Origin: Enoplolaimus lenunculus
Taxonomy: Eukaryota
Reading direction: 5' to 3'
Assembly: GCA_030248215.1 (NCBI GenBank)
Contig: JASANG010001204.1
Location: 310,001 to 374,000, forward strand
Length of the DNA: 64,000 nucleotides
In this document: piece by piece, positions 41,326-53,998 of the stretch
Position numbering within the stretch: position 1 is the stretch's first letter
Layout of the letters: every line of letters begins with the position of its first letter
Translations under genes and position numbers: made by a program
The notes under the pieces: generated by a model
The model's input: the letters and a program-made list of their open reading frames with translations, nothing else
The model's database searches: none
What the model was told of the DNA's origin: nothing

Positions 41326-41887
41326 TATTTTACTATCGTCCTGTTTTTCAACAGTACGCACCAGTCGCTCCCATACAGCATTCTGTCTCTTATATTGAAA
41401 TTTTGTCAAAATTCACCACCAAAAACCTACGTTTGCCAAATTATACAATTGTAGTCAAACGTGGAATTTTGGAAAAATTTTGAAAACGAAATTTTCAGTT
41501 TTTCCTATTTTCCAGCTCCGACAAATGATAGATCGATGTCGTTAAAATTTCGACGCTACATTGATATAATAAACCTAAAACTCAAAAATATCAACTCTCA
41601 CTGCAGCGCATGTAAATTCATTACATATAAACAGTTATGTACACATATAAATATACTTAAATTGTATGCATAAAATAGTATTTTTACAGAATAAATAAAT
41701 GGAAACGGTAATTTTCGAAATATATCGTACATCTTTTACCTGTGCCACACAGTGCCAGTGCTAACCAACTGCAGTTGTACTCGCATTAACGCTAAATAAA
41801 TTTTCGGCAATTTTAGTTTACATGTGACGGGTGAAATGTGTAAATTGTTTGGTGTCTTTTTAACAACTGAATTTTACTTACAATTAA

Positions 41888-42173
41888 GCCCTATTCACAC
41901 GTGCAAATTTTTGTAGTAAAAACTTGCTCGTGCAAGTTTGGTCACAAAGCAGCTTTGAAGTTCTTACAGTTGCAAATTATGCACTGGAGTTCATGCTATA
42001 TTGTTTAATTCACAGCTGTGAACGCAGTTGCAAGTCACTTGAATTTCTTGCACTTGCAGTTTGATTGGTTAATCAGAATGTTTCTTTGAAAATACTTACA
42101 GCTATAAGTATTTCATGGATGCTGCAGCTGCGAGTTCTTGCCGTAAAAACTTGTTCGCGTTAATGGGGGGGCT
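41888..42173. mobile_element. PIF/Harbinger-like MITE
   Basis: gccctattcacacgtgcaa start, homologous to 14721-14940. Confidence 0.6.
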
Positions 42174-42447
42174 TAAGTAACATTGTAGAATTTTTGTACG
42201 ACCTATTTTATTTGGCTTAAAATTTGCCTGCGTTTGCAAACTAAACTAAATTTTTTCAAGTGTTATAGGCAACTTTCACACTGCTGATTGGCCAAATTCT
42301 GTTTCCCTAAATCATGAACTGAGAATGCTCTTAAATTTACTACACAGTGTACTAAATTTGCAACGGCTTAAACTATTTTTAGGAATCATGATTTATAGCA
42401 TTGTAGTTTTAGTGTAAAATTTGCATTTATTTGCATAGACCAGTTTA

Positions 42448-42768
42448 AGCAAGAATGGATGATTTTCACAAGAGTGTGCAACTGAGTCCATTCTGTGCAC
42501 AAAACAATGTACCCAGTGCACGTTGTGTTTTTGGCCTTCCTTCCTTATTTGGGGGGTTCGTTGATCCAATATTTTGAATTTTAGCTAAAGCCACTCAGAT
42601 TATATTTTAACTCCTATGTTTACTATGTAGTTCAAGTGGTGACTACCACCCCCCCACCCAAACCAGGGGGGTCAAGCAAAAATGCAACGCGTGCTGGTGC
42701 ATTTTGTGCAATGCACTAGCGAGTCATTTGCACACTCTTCCGCAGGTGGACAGCATCCACTCTTGGTT
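42448..42768. mobile_element. Putative TTAA-flanked MITE ~0.5 kb upstream of the POU4 start codon
   Basis: caagaatggatg / catccactcttg and aagagtgtgcaa / ttgcacactctt inverted pairs. Confidence 0.45.
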
Positions 42769-43255
42769 TAAGCAACAATCAAATAAGTTGTTAACGATTG
42801 TCTTAGTGAGCTTACACCTTTAAATAGGACATCTAAGAACACAAGATTCAGTCAACCAAAATTTTTCGCAATTTTGTTGCTTATCTGTTAATATATGATC
42901 AAGCTGCAACTGCGCAAAACTATATTAAAATAGCAAAACTGGTTCTTATTTAAAACCAACGAACCCAAAATGTTTTACGCTTTCTTTTCAAAACATTTGG
43001 CAAATTTTTTAAACAACAGTTTATTTCATACTTACTTTCCAAAACTTTAAATTTAAGACAATTTTTCAGAAAACCGCAAACAAGTATTTTGCTAAATTGT
43101 GTAATTTGGAATGTTGTATGGCTTAAGTAAGAGTGTCTCGTGTAACAGTGTTATTCTTAAGACAAATGCTAATAAATTTATATACATTAGCAAATTTGCA
43201 ACAAAAAAATATTAAACAATAAAAGTCGTACTTCAACTGCAGTTTCGATGATATA

Positions 43256-43378
43256 ATGCAGGCGCCACAGCGATTGTACGCAGGATTTCCACCACCCCCT
43301 CCTGGTGCGATACCACACGATTACGCGACTGCAGCTCGAAGCGATTCAATGAGACGACACTGTATGACTAATTCTTCG
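43256..43378 (+). CDS. POU4: POU4 (Brn3) coding exon 1
   Basis: MQAPQRLYAGFPPPPPGAIPHDYATAARSDSMRRHCMTNSS then gtaagt (phase 0). SDSMRRHC resembles the SEA(M/I)RRAC first half of the POU-IV box. Too short for the ORF track. Confidence 0.85.
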
Positions 43379-43472
43379 GTAAGTCCGCTTTATTAAAAAT
43401 ATAACAAAAAATGTATTTCTAATTCTAAATACAATCTATAATGTTCTCTTAAAGTGCTATATCACCTATTTA

Positions 43473-43988
43473 CTGTAGTGACCCGAATAATAGGGGGACT
43501 GATATTTATTTGGCCTCTCCAGGGTGTACCCCTCCTGTTATTTGGTTACGGACTGTTATTTATTTTCAACCCGTCCCCCGCCTGAACTTGTTACTGATAT
43601 ATATCCTACCCCTCCTGTTATTTGGTTACGGACTGTTATTTATTTTCAACCCGTCCCCCGCCTGAACTTGTTACTGATATATATCCGGTATTGCTTATAT
43701 TCGTTGAATTATGTGTTTTTTGCCTTGCATCAACAGCTTGAGCGATAATACAAAGTTATACTTTGGAATGTTACTTTCAAAACTTAAGTACGCTTTATTA
43801 AAGCTTCGAACTCAACCTTAATTGGTTCTGGAATTATTTATGCGTTACAATTAATGGAAAATTAACATTTATGGACTATAATTAGGGTTTAGAGACTCTA
43901 TCCGCTTGGAATACGGACTCCTATTGATTGGGCTCTAAAGGGGCACCCACTCTTATTACCCCCCCCCGTCTTATTCGGGTCACTACAG
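43473..43988 (+). mobile_element. TA-flanked CTGTAGTGACC MITE with internal ~80-bp duplication (POU4 intron 1)
   Basis: TA|ctgtagtgacccgaataa ... ttattcgggtcactacag|TA. Confidence 0.85.
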
Positions 43989-44446
43989 TAGTACTTATTA
44001 GTTATGCGTTTTCAAACAAATGAACGTCCGTATGTATCACGGTGTAAAAGCGGATTTCCGTTTGCGTTCGCGATAAAAATCCGTATTCGTTTCTGGTATA
44101 TAAATCTTGGAAACTCGCGTTTCTTATACGCTCAAAATTAGTAAATAAACAACGAATATATCTCGCAATTTTTCATTACATGTAACAGTGCCGTTGTTAG
44201 TAATGAAATAAAAATTACGAAATTCAGCCAAAATCTTGAAAATTTCGCTGCATCCGCCAATTTTTTAATTATAGAAAGCCCCGCGATTATTTGTATGCAT
44301 CAATTCTGCTGGCATAAATATTTTTGAACCGTTTATACTGCAATGTCCGTTTTCTATTTCCGTTTCCGTTATTTTGTTCACTATCCGTTTCCGCAATTTT
44401 TACTATCCGTTTACACATTTGTTTATGTATGTGCAGTGTAGTGTTT

Positions 44447-44679
44447 ACCATTTCTCACAGGATTATATTCTATTCCGTGTAAAATCTTAATTCCACGATA
44501 GGGTTCGAAACGCAACCTCACGGGGGAGAGGCGGTTACGATCACTATTCAGCTGTATAAGAGCTTCACAGCTCGAGCCCGAGTGGGTTGACACGTTTCTT
44601 GTAGTTTTTTCGCTGTGCATCCGCGTATGTTAATAACTGCGCATTGTGTAACAACTGACGAATACTGTTTGTGAGAGGG
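44447..44679 (-). mobile_element. Divergent subfamily of the piggyBac-like tRNA-containing MITE
   Basis: ccatttctcaca ... tgtgagaggg termini, shared ctcgagcccgag and ttcga segments. Confidence 0.6.
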
Positions 44680-45842
44680 TTTATCTTTATTGGCAGCAAT
44701 CAAAAGTGGTCTATTAACCCTTTTTCCAATAATCAATGCGTATTTCATATAAAATATAATTCCAAGATAGGGTAGAATCTCAGCCTCAAAGGTGGGAGCA
44801 GCACCAGATTAAACGGAGCAGTTGGCCCGGGCCCCGGTCCTTTCACCAAAAGGGGCCACCCACTAACCGAAAACCGACGATATGTTTCAATGGATGGAAA
44901 GTCATCAAAACCTGTTTAGGATTTTTGGCGAGTACCGCTTGCCTTCTTCGGCGCGATTACATCCAATGGTGTGCAAAATACTTTCTCCGACTTATTCTAT
45001 ATGGTTTCAATAAGGTTGGGACCATGCAGCTAAGCCTATCCCACCTATCCTTGGCGATCCCAAGCAAAGGTATAGTAGTGCGATGGAAAGTTGAGTAGTC
45101 AGAATAGCTGTATTCGGGAATATTAGGCTTTTTTATTAAACAAACAGGCAACTTCTAACCGGCTTCAAGCTGCTGTCCACGGCTGGACTGCACTGCCACA
45201 AGTTTCGGGTGCGGACACTCATATCCTTGCGCATCGCTGCTCCTGGATAAAACCGCTAAGTACCGGGGTAGGCTTACTGATACTCGTCACACAACAGTGG
45301 TCCGAATCGGAAAGAAGGGTGTTTGGAAAGAAATTTTGGCTAAAATAGAATGGTCGAAAAAGTGAAAAAAGAAAAAAACAGGACGCGCACCGTCCGTTCT
45401 TGGATTTTAGAAAATTTTTCACTTCGGTGGAATTATAAGTGTCTTCTCTAAGTGCAAATTTAGAACTGTTCCGGAGCCGTACATTTGGTTTTGTACTTCT
45501 GGTACGTTATATATTAAAATGTGTTACTTTAAGCTCTGGTGTATAAAATAATGATGGTTAATAAAACGGTCTGCTACTCATAAATGGACCCCGGGCGTTC
45601 TAACACCTTATAGATAAGTTATGTTCCGAATACCTATTAATCTTAGATGGCAGGGTCACTAGATTTTCACGAAACTCGCATTGTTGTTTGGAATTAGCTC
45701 AAAACAGTACCCTGTTGTAAACACTACTTGCATATCTACAGCACCGCTATTTAATCGTGTTTGCAGTTGGCATGCCACAACTTTTAACATAATTTATATT
45801 TTATCAGCGAACCTCGTGTATTACAGGTGCCGCAACATCAAT

Positions 45843-46277
45843 TGACCCGAATAAGAGGGGGGTAATAAGAGGGGGCTCCCCATTTTGAGTCCCAATCAAT
45901 AGGAGTCCGTATCCCTAATAAGAGTCCGTAAGCGGATAGAGTCTCTAAACCTTAATTAGAGTCCATAAATGTCAATTATCGCTAATTGTAGCGCATAAAT
46001 GACTACAGGACCAAATAATTTGAGTTTGAAACTTTAAAGCGTACTTGAATTTTGAATATACATTCCTAAGTATAACGTTGGATTATCGCTCACGCTATTG
46101 ACACAAGACAAACAAAGTTTAATTCAACGCATAGTTGCAATACCAGATATATCAGTAACGAAGGGTGGCGAAGGGCGGGATCAAAATAAATAACAGTCCG
46201 TAACCGAATAACAGGTGGGGGTACCCTCTGGAGAGGCCAAATAAATATCAGTCCCCCTCTTATTCGGGTCACTACAA
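45843..46277 (-). mobile_element. CTGTAGTGACC MITE
   Basis: tgacccgaataagagggg ... ttattcgggtcactaca. Confidence 0.8.
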
Positions 46278-46479
46278 TATATCGCACAGTGTTTAACAAT
46301 TGCAACACGTACACATAGTACTAAATCGCCATAAGACGTGAGACCTCCCTCGGGCTCCAGCGTCAAGCTCCTATAGCTGAGTGGTGATGGTAAACGCCTC
46401 CCACTCCAGTCACTGGAGTTCGAATCCTAGCAAAAAGGAAGGTCTCAGGGGAAATAGAAAATATTCATGCGATAAAGGG
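46278..46479 (+). mobile_element. piggyBac-like tRNA-containing MITE, left-truncated
   Basis: Close match to 20292-20494, ends aaaggg|TTAA. Confidence 0.75.
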
Positions 46480-46813
46480 TTAATTATTTGGTTCATTGAA
46501 TATTTGGCAAATGTTATTTTCCGCAAAAGCTAAATGTATGCGAACATAGCACCAGATTGGTTGGTTATGCAACGATAGTATAGGCAATTAAGGCTGATTT
46601 CAACTAAATTTTACCTTTTGTGAAATTACCTCGCTTGGTAAATTCTTCACAAGTGTATGATCAGATTTTACAAGTCAGTCGATTACAAGAGCTTCTATCA
46701 GATTATTAGGTACGGTCAAATAGAAGTAGTTGTGTGATCCTAGAACGGTTCAAAATAACTGTGCCCAATTTTAACTAAGATGACTTGAAGTAAAAGTCAA
46801 TTTGATGCTAGTA

Positions 46814-46997
46814 CACTGTAAATTCGAGTGAGTTAATTATTCAACTCAGACGAAAAGTTGCTTATTCCTGAGTTTATTACAATATACTTTAACCCACGCT
46901 GACTTGAGTTGATTCTCACTCTGAGTAGAGTTTATTCCGGGGAGAGTTGACTAATTAAATCTCAGAATGAGTTGAATCAACTCAGAATTATGAGTTA
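46814..46997. mobile_element. CACTG-family MITE fragment
   Basis: TA|cactgtaaattcgagtgagtt, reverse homolog of 747-998. Confidence 0.6.
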
Positions 46998-47280
46998 TAA
47001 AATGTATAAAACTTCTCGCTAAATTGATTTGATTTGTTTAATATAAGCGTCAAAGTGTCGCAGAAACTACGATAAATCGGTTGTTTTGTTTAGGGCCGCA
47101 TCGTATAGCGACTTCCGCTTGAGTGTAGTGATCGCTGATTTACCAGATTTTGTGTAACACCCATTTGATTAGATATACTTAGCTTTTTGCTGATCGCGGT
47201 CACCGCACATACGGATGAAGTTGAATTTAATAACAAGTTCTGTTTTCTCAATCGAGGCCTAATTTTACTCACGATATTTT

Positions 47281-47480
47281 TGGCCCATGTTACTTTTAGG
47301 GCCGTCCTGGGTTGTGGTGGCTCTGTAAAAAAGTAGGCTTACATTCTAGACTACATTTTTTCATTAGGCTTAGGCTTAGGCTTTTAGGCTTAGGAATACG
47401 CTTTTGCAACGCTTAGGTTTAGGCTTAGGCTTAGGAATATGCTTAATCTACTGTTACGGCCCTAAAAGTAACATTGGCTA
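47281..47480 (+). mobile_element. YGGCC/TTAGGC MITE (gttac subfamily)
   Basis: TIRs, TSD tatttt/tgtttt. Confidence 0.85.
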
Positions 47481-47534
47481 TGTTTTTGATATATATGACC
47501 TTTTTAACACCCGACAATTTTTGTAGTGTTTTTA

Positions 47535-47924
47535 CTGAAGTGAGCGATTAAGAGGGGGACTGATATTTATTTGGCTTCTGCAGGAGGTACCCGGTGTTAT
47601 TTGGTTACGGACTGTTATTTATTTTTAACCCACCCTTCGTTACTGATATATATTCGGCATTGCAACTATCCATTGAATTACTACTAAGGAAGTTAGTAAT
47701 GTACTTCCAAAATTTAAGTATGCTTTAAAATTTCCAACTCAACTTTATTTGATCCTGGAATCATTTATGCACTACAATTAGGGATGATTGAAACTTATCG
47801 ACTCTAATTAGGGTTTAGGGACTCTATCCGCTTACGGACTCTTATTAGGGATACGATCTCCAATTGATTGGGACTCAAAATTTACACCCCTTCTAATTAC
47901 CCCCTCTTATTGCGGTTACTACAG
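47535..47924 (+). mobile_element. TA-flanked CTGTAGTGACC MITE
   Basis: Homologous to 43473-43988, ends tactacag|TA. Confidence 0.8.
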
Positions 47925-48842
47925 TAAGCTGTCCACATCATACGCTTTGCTAATGTTAAACAGTAAAATAGTAATAATTCTCTTTGGTGTTAGTTTGGCA
48001 CCAAACTTATAGCTTCCATTACCGTCTTAACAGTTATAGAAGCACCCGAAGATGCTTACCAAACCTTTGAGTTATTTTAGTATTATTTTCATTGTTCAAA
48101 AATAGCATTTTTCGTTTAACAATAAGCTTGTTCTACGACCAGTTCGTTGCTGCAGAATATTTTTCAGATTGTTCAGTTTGAACATTTTGACATAACATCA
48201 TCGACCGAAATTTAAGATTTTGTAAATTGAACACCAAACATACAAATAGGTACATACTGCAAAACCGTTTTAAACTGCAATAGTAAACTGCGTTAGTAGA
48301 ACGTTATTTTACAACGAAAGGCATTTTTAAGCATCCGAAACACGAAACTAAAACCCATGAGCTATATCTAATAAAACTATATAAGCTCAAACTAAACTAT
48401 TCTTCAAAAACCACCAAGCACATTAGTCGTATTCGAATATTTATAAAATATGCAAAAGGTTCTGCTATAGTCGATGTTTTCGATTTTGTTCAGACTACAA
48501 AATATAACACAACACACGCATACAAAATGTGCACTGAAACAACCGCAATTAATAATTAACATTCAAATAAATAAATAAATAAATAGGGGCATTCGAACTC
48601 TCTCTGTCTCTCGGTCGCTCGTGCGGCATGTGTCTCGCTCTCGCACTCTTAGTTTGAAAAAATTTTTTCAAAAGGGATACACAGCAAACTTACTTTCAAA
48701 TCGTAGTAAGTAGTCTTTTAAATATTTCCAAAGCTACTATAGTATACCGTTTTAGGCCGAATATGGTTCGTAAATTTTAAAATTTTATACCATTAGTTTA
48801 CGCCTATAATGTTACTTTTCATTAGCATAACGTTACATATTT

Positions 48843-49010
48843 TGGCCCATGTATAGAACAGGGCCGGATCGTTTTCCGGAGCGCCTATAATAGAGTTCGT
48901 TTAACCTTTAGACTAAATTTTTTTGCTTAGGCTTAGGCTTAGGCTTAGGCTCATCCATACGCGTAGGCTTAGTCTTAGGCTTAGGCTTAGGCTTAGGCAT
49001 AGGCTTAGGC
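48843..49010 (+). mobile_element. YGGCC/TTAGGC MITE, right-truncated
   Basis: tggcccatgtatagaacagggccgga start, long ttaggc run. Confidence 0.75.
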
Positions 49011-50095
49011 TTGTTAAGATTCGAACCCCGATCGCTTGGATGAGCAGCGTTTTATTGACATCATTCAGCTGGTCTTTTGAGTGACAGGCGTTTATTGGAC
49101 AATATTTGGGTAATGGCGTATGCCAATGCTTAGCGACATTTGTTCGCTCAGCAGAAATTTCGTATTTTTTTCACTCTTTGTACTGATGCCCAGCTTAATA
49201 TTTAGAATCAGTGGCATATTTTGTAATCTTTTTTTGTTCAAACTGCAATTTGAATATTATTTCAAAAAAATAATACGAACCATTTACTACTAGTCGCTAA
49301 ATTTCATATCCGAAAAGTAAGTCTGAACTGATGGTAATATCTTAACATAAAGGGGGGGGGGGGGGCGGGGAGACCGCTGTAATATAATTAATTCATGGAA
49401 TTCTGCGAAACCATACGGCGATGTAATCAAAAATTAAACTCGATCTGTATTAATGTGGAACGCAAATAGAGTGTGCTTGCATGTGACAGTTAAAGGCTGG
49501 GTATATTTGCGCAATACTCTGTGGCTTTTATGTCTTGTTATGTTTAACGTGTGTTATACCAGTGACAGCTGAATTTAAGCTTCACAGTAATGCATAAATT
49601 TATGAGCTACACAGCTAATGGTAATTATAAATTTATATATATATATTTATTTGTTTATTTATTTATTTATTTCTACATATACAGCATAGTACACTGTGTG
49701 TTTAGTGCGTACCGCGTTATACTTGCAACGTTTTGTTTTGTACTGAGCGGCCTAAATTGGTCAGATCAGGCTTAGCTTATTATGTATACTTTATCATTTC
49801 CCGGATTTCAAATTTAACAGTAAATTACAATCAGGAAATATTAAAGCTGGAACGCCACATATACGTATTTTGGGCACTGTTCCAGCGCAGGAGTAAACAA
49901 GTCTGACAGCACAGTTTCTTAATTAACTATAAGAAAAGTATGCGTTGAATTAATATTTCTACATAGTATCGTTCAAACCAGAATTTGTGCGTATTGGAAC
50001 GACTTTAGACTTATATTTTGTTTAGGCTTAGGCGTACGCTTAGGAGTAGTCTTAGCATAAATCCTCTCCGTATCCCATGTAAAAGAAAGAAACTA

Positions 50096-51012
50096 GGTAA
50101 AAGTGCCCCTAGAAGGGACAGATTGTGATATGTTTCGCTTGAAGCATGTAAAATAGTTTAAACAAGGGTTAGTTAGACCATTGATCAGTAGGTAATGCTT
50201 ATAATATTAGCTCCATAACTTCTATGAAAATAGTTGTCATCTATATCTTTGACGGTCGTGTTTCAGTGTTAACACGCTTGCGGTCAGTGAAACAAGAAAT
50301 ATATGGGCCCAACGAACTTTCATCTGTTAAGCTATAAATCGACACTGGGTTTTCAAGGCGTTCTAAAGTACAACTCTCAACATGCCTTTCGTATAACAGT
50401 CAGCTGCTTTTTAAACTTATCTCAACTGAGCGTCAGCAAAACATGTTCTTTGAAATATTTAGCAACGGTTGAATGGTATTTTCTAGATGAATAGCTTAAA
50501 TATGTAACGGCACAGAACACAATTTAGAAAAGTTTTTCGACTTCACATCAAATTGTCATGGTAAAGATAGGTAAAATAGTCGAGCATGTATGCGTGACAT
50601 TTTTTATTCCATAATCAATAGACGCAATTTATAATCTTGCAATATTGAAATATATACTAATCAAGTTTTAGAAACATAAATATTTTAAAACTCAAAAATA
50701 TCCTCTTCCTATGAAGAATGCTAGATTAGATCACTTATAAACTGAACATTGTAAAACCCAACAAACGCTAAAATTAAGCTGATAGGTGATGTCCGCTGTG
50801 TCCATATGTTTCTTGTTTCACCGACCGCAAGCGTGTTAACACTGAAACACAGCCGTCAAAGATATAGATGACAACTATTTTCATAGAAGTTATGGAGCTA
50901 ATATTATAAGCATTACCTACTGATCTATGGTCTAACTAACCCTTGTTTAAACTATTTTACGTGCTTCAAGCGAAACATATCACAATCTGTCCCTTCTAGG
51001 GGCACTTTTACC
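50096..51012. mobile_element. Long-TIR (~211 bp) fold-back element, TA-flanked, in POU4 intron 1
   Basis: 50096-50306 is nearly identical to the reverse complement of 50802-51012. acTA|ggtaaaagtgccc ... gggcacttttacc|TAgt. Confidence 0.75.
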
Positions 51013-51305
51013 TAGTAGCATATTTTAACTTGTCAAAGTTCTGTGGTCAGTAAGACTTGCTTAATAACATTTATGTTTAAGGCATAATATACCACCGGTC
51101 CGTTCATTACATTATGAGAGTTGCACAAAACTGTGTTGGCTACGTTGTTTTAATTTTCAAATTCTCATCCATAAAGCTCTTAAAAGTACAAAAGATATTG
51201 CTGCTCATACTTTTGTTTTACAAGTGTTGAATAAATATATTCCAATCACAGCGAGGTCTCCGTTTACGGTTCTATAAATACAACACGATTCAATGCAAAT
51301 GCTAC

Positions 51306-51486
51306 CGGCCAATGTTACTTTTTAGGGGCGTAACAGTAAATTAAGCGTATTCCTAAGCATATGCCTAAGCGTTGCAAAAATGTGTTCGTAAGCCTAAGCC
51401 TAAGCAAAAAATGTAATCTAGAATCTAAACCTACTTTTTTATAGACCCACCAGAAACCTGGACGCTCCTTAAAGTAACATGGGCCA
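51306..51486 (-). mobile_element. YGGCC/TTAGGC MITE (gttac subfamily)
   Basis: TIRs, TSD tgctac/tcctac. Confidence 0.8.
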
Positions 51487-51946
51487 TCCTACCAATGACA
51501 CTGTTTATGCTACGAAAATAACTTGGTTGTAGGAATCCTGTTTGTTCAAAAATATTGTGTTAGATTAATTTAGATTAAAATTTTAAAAATTAAGTTCCTC
51601 TAATGAACTTGCAACTGCTTTTATATCAATTTGAACGTTTGAGAAATATGAATTGGTACGTTGGTGTTATGACGCTACACAACATTTACGGTATTATATA
51701 TATAAATAAATATATATATTTATTTATTTATATCTATCTATATATATGTATATGTAGTTAATTTAATTCCATGTTTTCTGCAAAAATTTAGCTATATTTT
51801 CTTCAATTCTGGTATATTAGACCTTTAAATTCTGGAAATAGCGTTTGGCTTTAACCGAAAATATCATACCATTTAATTGTCCAATTTTTCAAACCACTAC
51901 CTTACTAGAATTTAGCTGTTTAAAGGGAGTGTAACTTATATTTCAG

Positions 51947-52171
51947 GCAAATCTGTTCTCTACAATCGACGATGGATTTTTTCAAGCTCGAGCGGAAGCC
52001 GCCTTGGTTGCCGGAATATCACCGCCGGATATGAAACCGGTATCAATGAGCGCTGCAGCAGCAGCGGCTGCTCATTCTGCGCATATGTTCAAAAATGCTG
52101 AAATGTGCATACCGACTTATCACGCAACGGCTGCCGCTGCACATGCATTTCCGCCGGGCACACACCCGCAG
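51947..52171 (+). CDS. POU4: POU4 coding exon 2 (POU-IV box)
   Basis: tttcag|ANLFSTIDDGFFQARAEAALVAG... resembles the POU-IV box NIF.G.DE.LL.RAEALAAV. Ends cag|gtactt, phase 0/0. Confidence 0.9.
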
Positions 52172-52653
52172 GTACTTAACTCTTTCATTTAAATACACAA
52201 TGCACAATGTTTAGCTATTGATACAGGCAGCCTCGTTTTAGCATAAAATCTTCAAGAGAACGCTCTCGTTCTTCAGTGTCAAGCTAGCATAGCTAAGTGG
52301 TGATGGTAAACGCCTTCAATCTGTGAGAGACTAATGTACGAAACTTTGGATGCAAAAACAGCAAATATTCATGTAAGAAACGGTTGAAAAATATTTATAA
52401 GACAAAATATAATTTCAAGACACTAATCTGGAAGTATAAATAAGCTAATTTTCGATTACATGTTTCCTGGCCATGTTTCACGTACAAGTCTATTTTTGAG
52501 CTAAATTACATTATAAATAAGCGCTAGTTGTCATATATAATGTTATGCTTGCAGGAAAAATTCCATGCTTTGGTTATACAGTGATATCTTTTTGCGTATA
52601 TTCCAATTTAACTTTTATAACAATTTTTCAACTTTGTAATTATTTTTTATCAG

Positions 52654-53318
52654 TACCCATCGATGCATCGGATTTCTGATACAATGACATTTTTCGCTCC
52701 GCCTGGTGTCGCCCCTGGTCCTGGTATGACTCCAGCAATGACACACCCTGCATCACATCTTGCTGTAGGATCGCTAACACCAACGTTATCGTCTGTGTGC
52801 GCCGCGGGTACCGATGGGTCTAATACGACGGGCCAGAATCCTGTATTGATTGGAACTAACGATAACTCTGATGAGACAGAGCATAAGCACTTGCAACACC
52901 AACAACAACAACAACTTCAAGCACCAACATCGCCAGAAACACAACAACATAACGTAAACAATATAAATTCAACGTCATCTGTAGTATCTAGCAGTTGTAC
53001 GCCTGCATGCACAACACCGTTCATTAGTGACAGCAATAACAATGGTAACAGCAGCAACAACATTATGACCCATCATCCGATCACTGGTCATCATATGATG
53101 ACATCATCGTTGCCATCGATGACGTCACCGATGGCAGCAATGACGTCACCATATCAAGCAGCAGCTGCTGCAGCAGTATCAGCGACGCCATACGCATCGC
53201 CGTATCATCATGCAGCAGCTGCCGCTGCAAGTATAGCTGCTGCGCCAGTACAAAGTCCTCATCATCATGCAGCGCTTGCCGCCGGCCATGCAGCTGCAGC
53301 GTTGTCTAGCCAAACTAG
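52654..53318 (+). CDS. POU4: POU4 coding exon 3 (low-complexity Ala/His/Gln/Ser region)
   Basis: tttatcag|YPSMHRISD...ALSSQT ag|gtaagt. 665-nt open frame, phases 0/2 fit neighbouring exons. Confidence 0.88.
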
Positions 53319-53998
53319 GTAAGTTATATTAAAGCGTACGTTAGGCTAAATTGATTGTTTTAACCGAGTTCAGTTTCAGAGCTTTTTTTACGAATATTCT
53401 GAAGCACTTAACGTTTAAGCATAAAAAAATTATTACGAAATTAGTCTGATTGGCTGAATTGCTCTGAGTAATAGGTTTTCATTAGGCAAAACAAAAGTAA
53501 TAAAACCAGTTCAAAGTTGGTATGCGAAAAAAATGTACGAAACTCAATGTGGGGGGATTGATTTGGATGTGTTTCATCGTCATTCAGCTGTGCAATCAGC
53601 AAACGCGTTATAAAGCAATAATAAGTTTCAACCAATTGCAGGTACGCAATGATTTCACTCAAATTAATACCCGTAGTGCGAACAAGAATTGTCCATCAGA
53701 GCGTCGTAATTATTTTATTGGATGCTAACCTTCTAACCCTGATTAGCTACGGAGCTACCGACGTACGATTACAACTTAATCTGCGGGCATGAGCAAAGGC
53801 GTGTAGCCAAGGCGTGCGGTAGGGATAAAATACCAACCTTTGAGATTGTTTGTGGACAGGTTTTAGCGTCCAGTTTTAGTTAGCAATACAACAAACCGTC
53901 TTCGAAATTTGTTAGACCGTAACTTTGTCGCGTTTCCAACATCTTGGCTATGCTAGTGAGCCGAAATTTTACAACAAAATTTCAAATTCATATTTCAG

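Noticed and set aside
44930..45420. Higher-GC block as a transposase or retroelement remnant
   Set aside because: Frames I translated had frequent stops and no recognisable motif. A blastx search would be needed.
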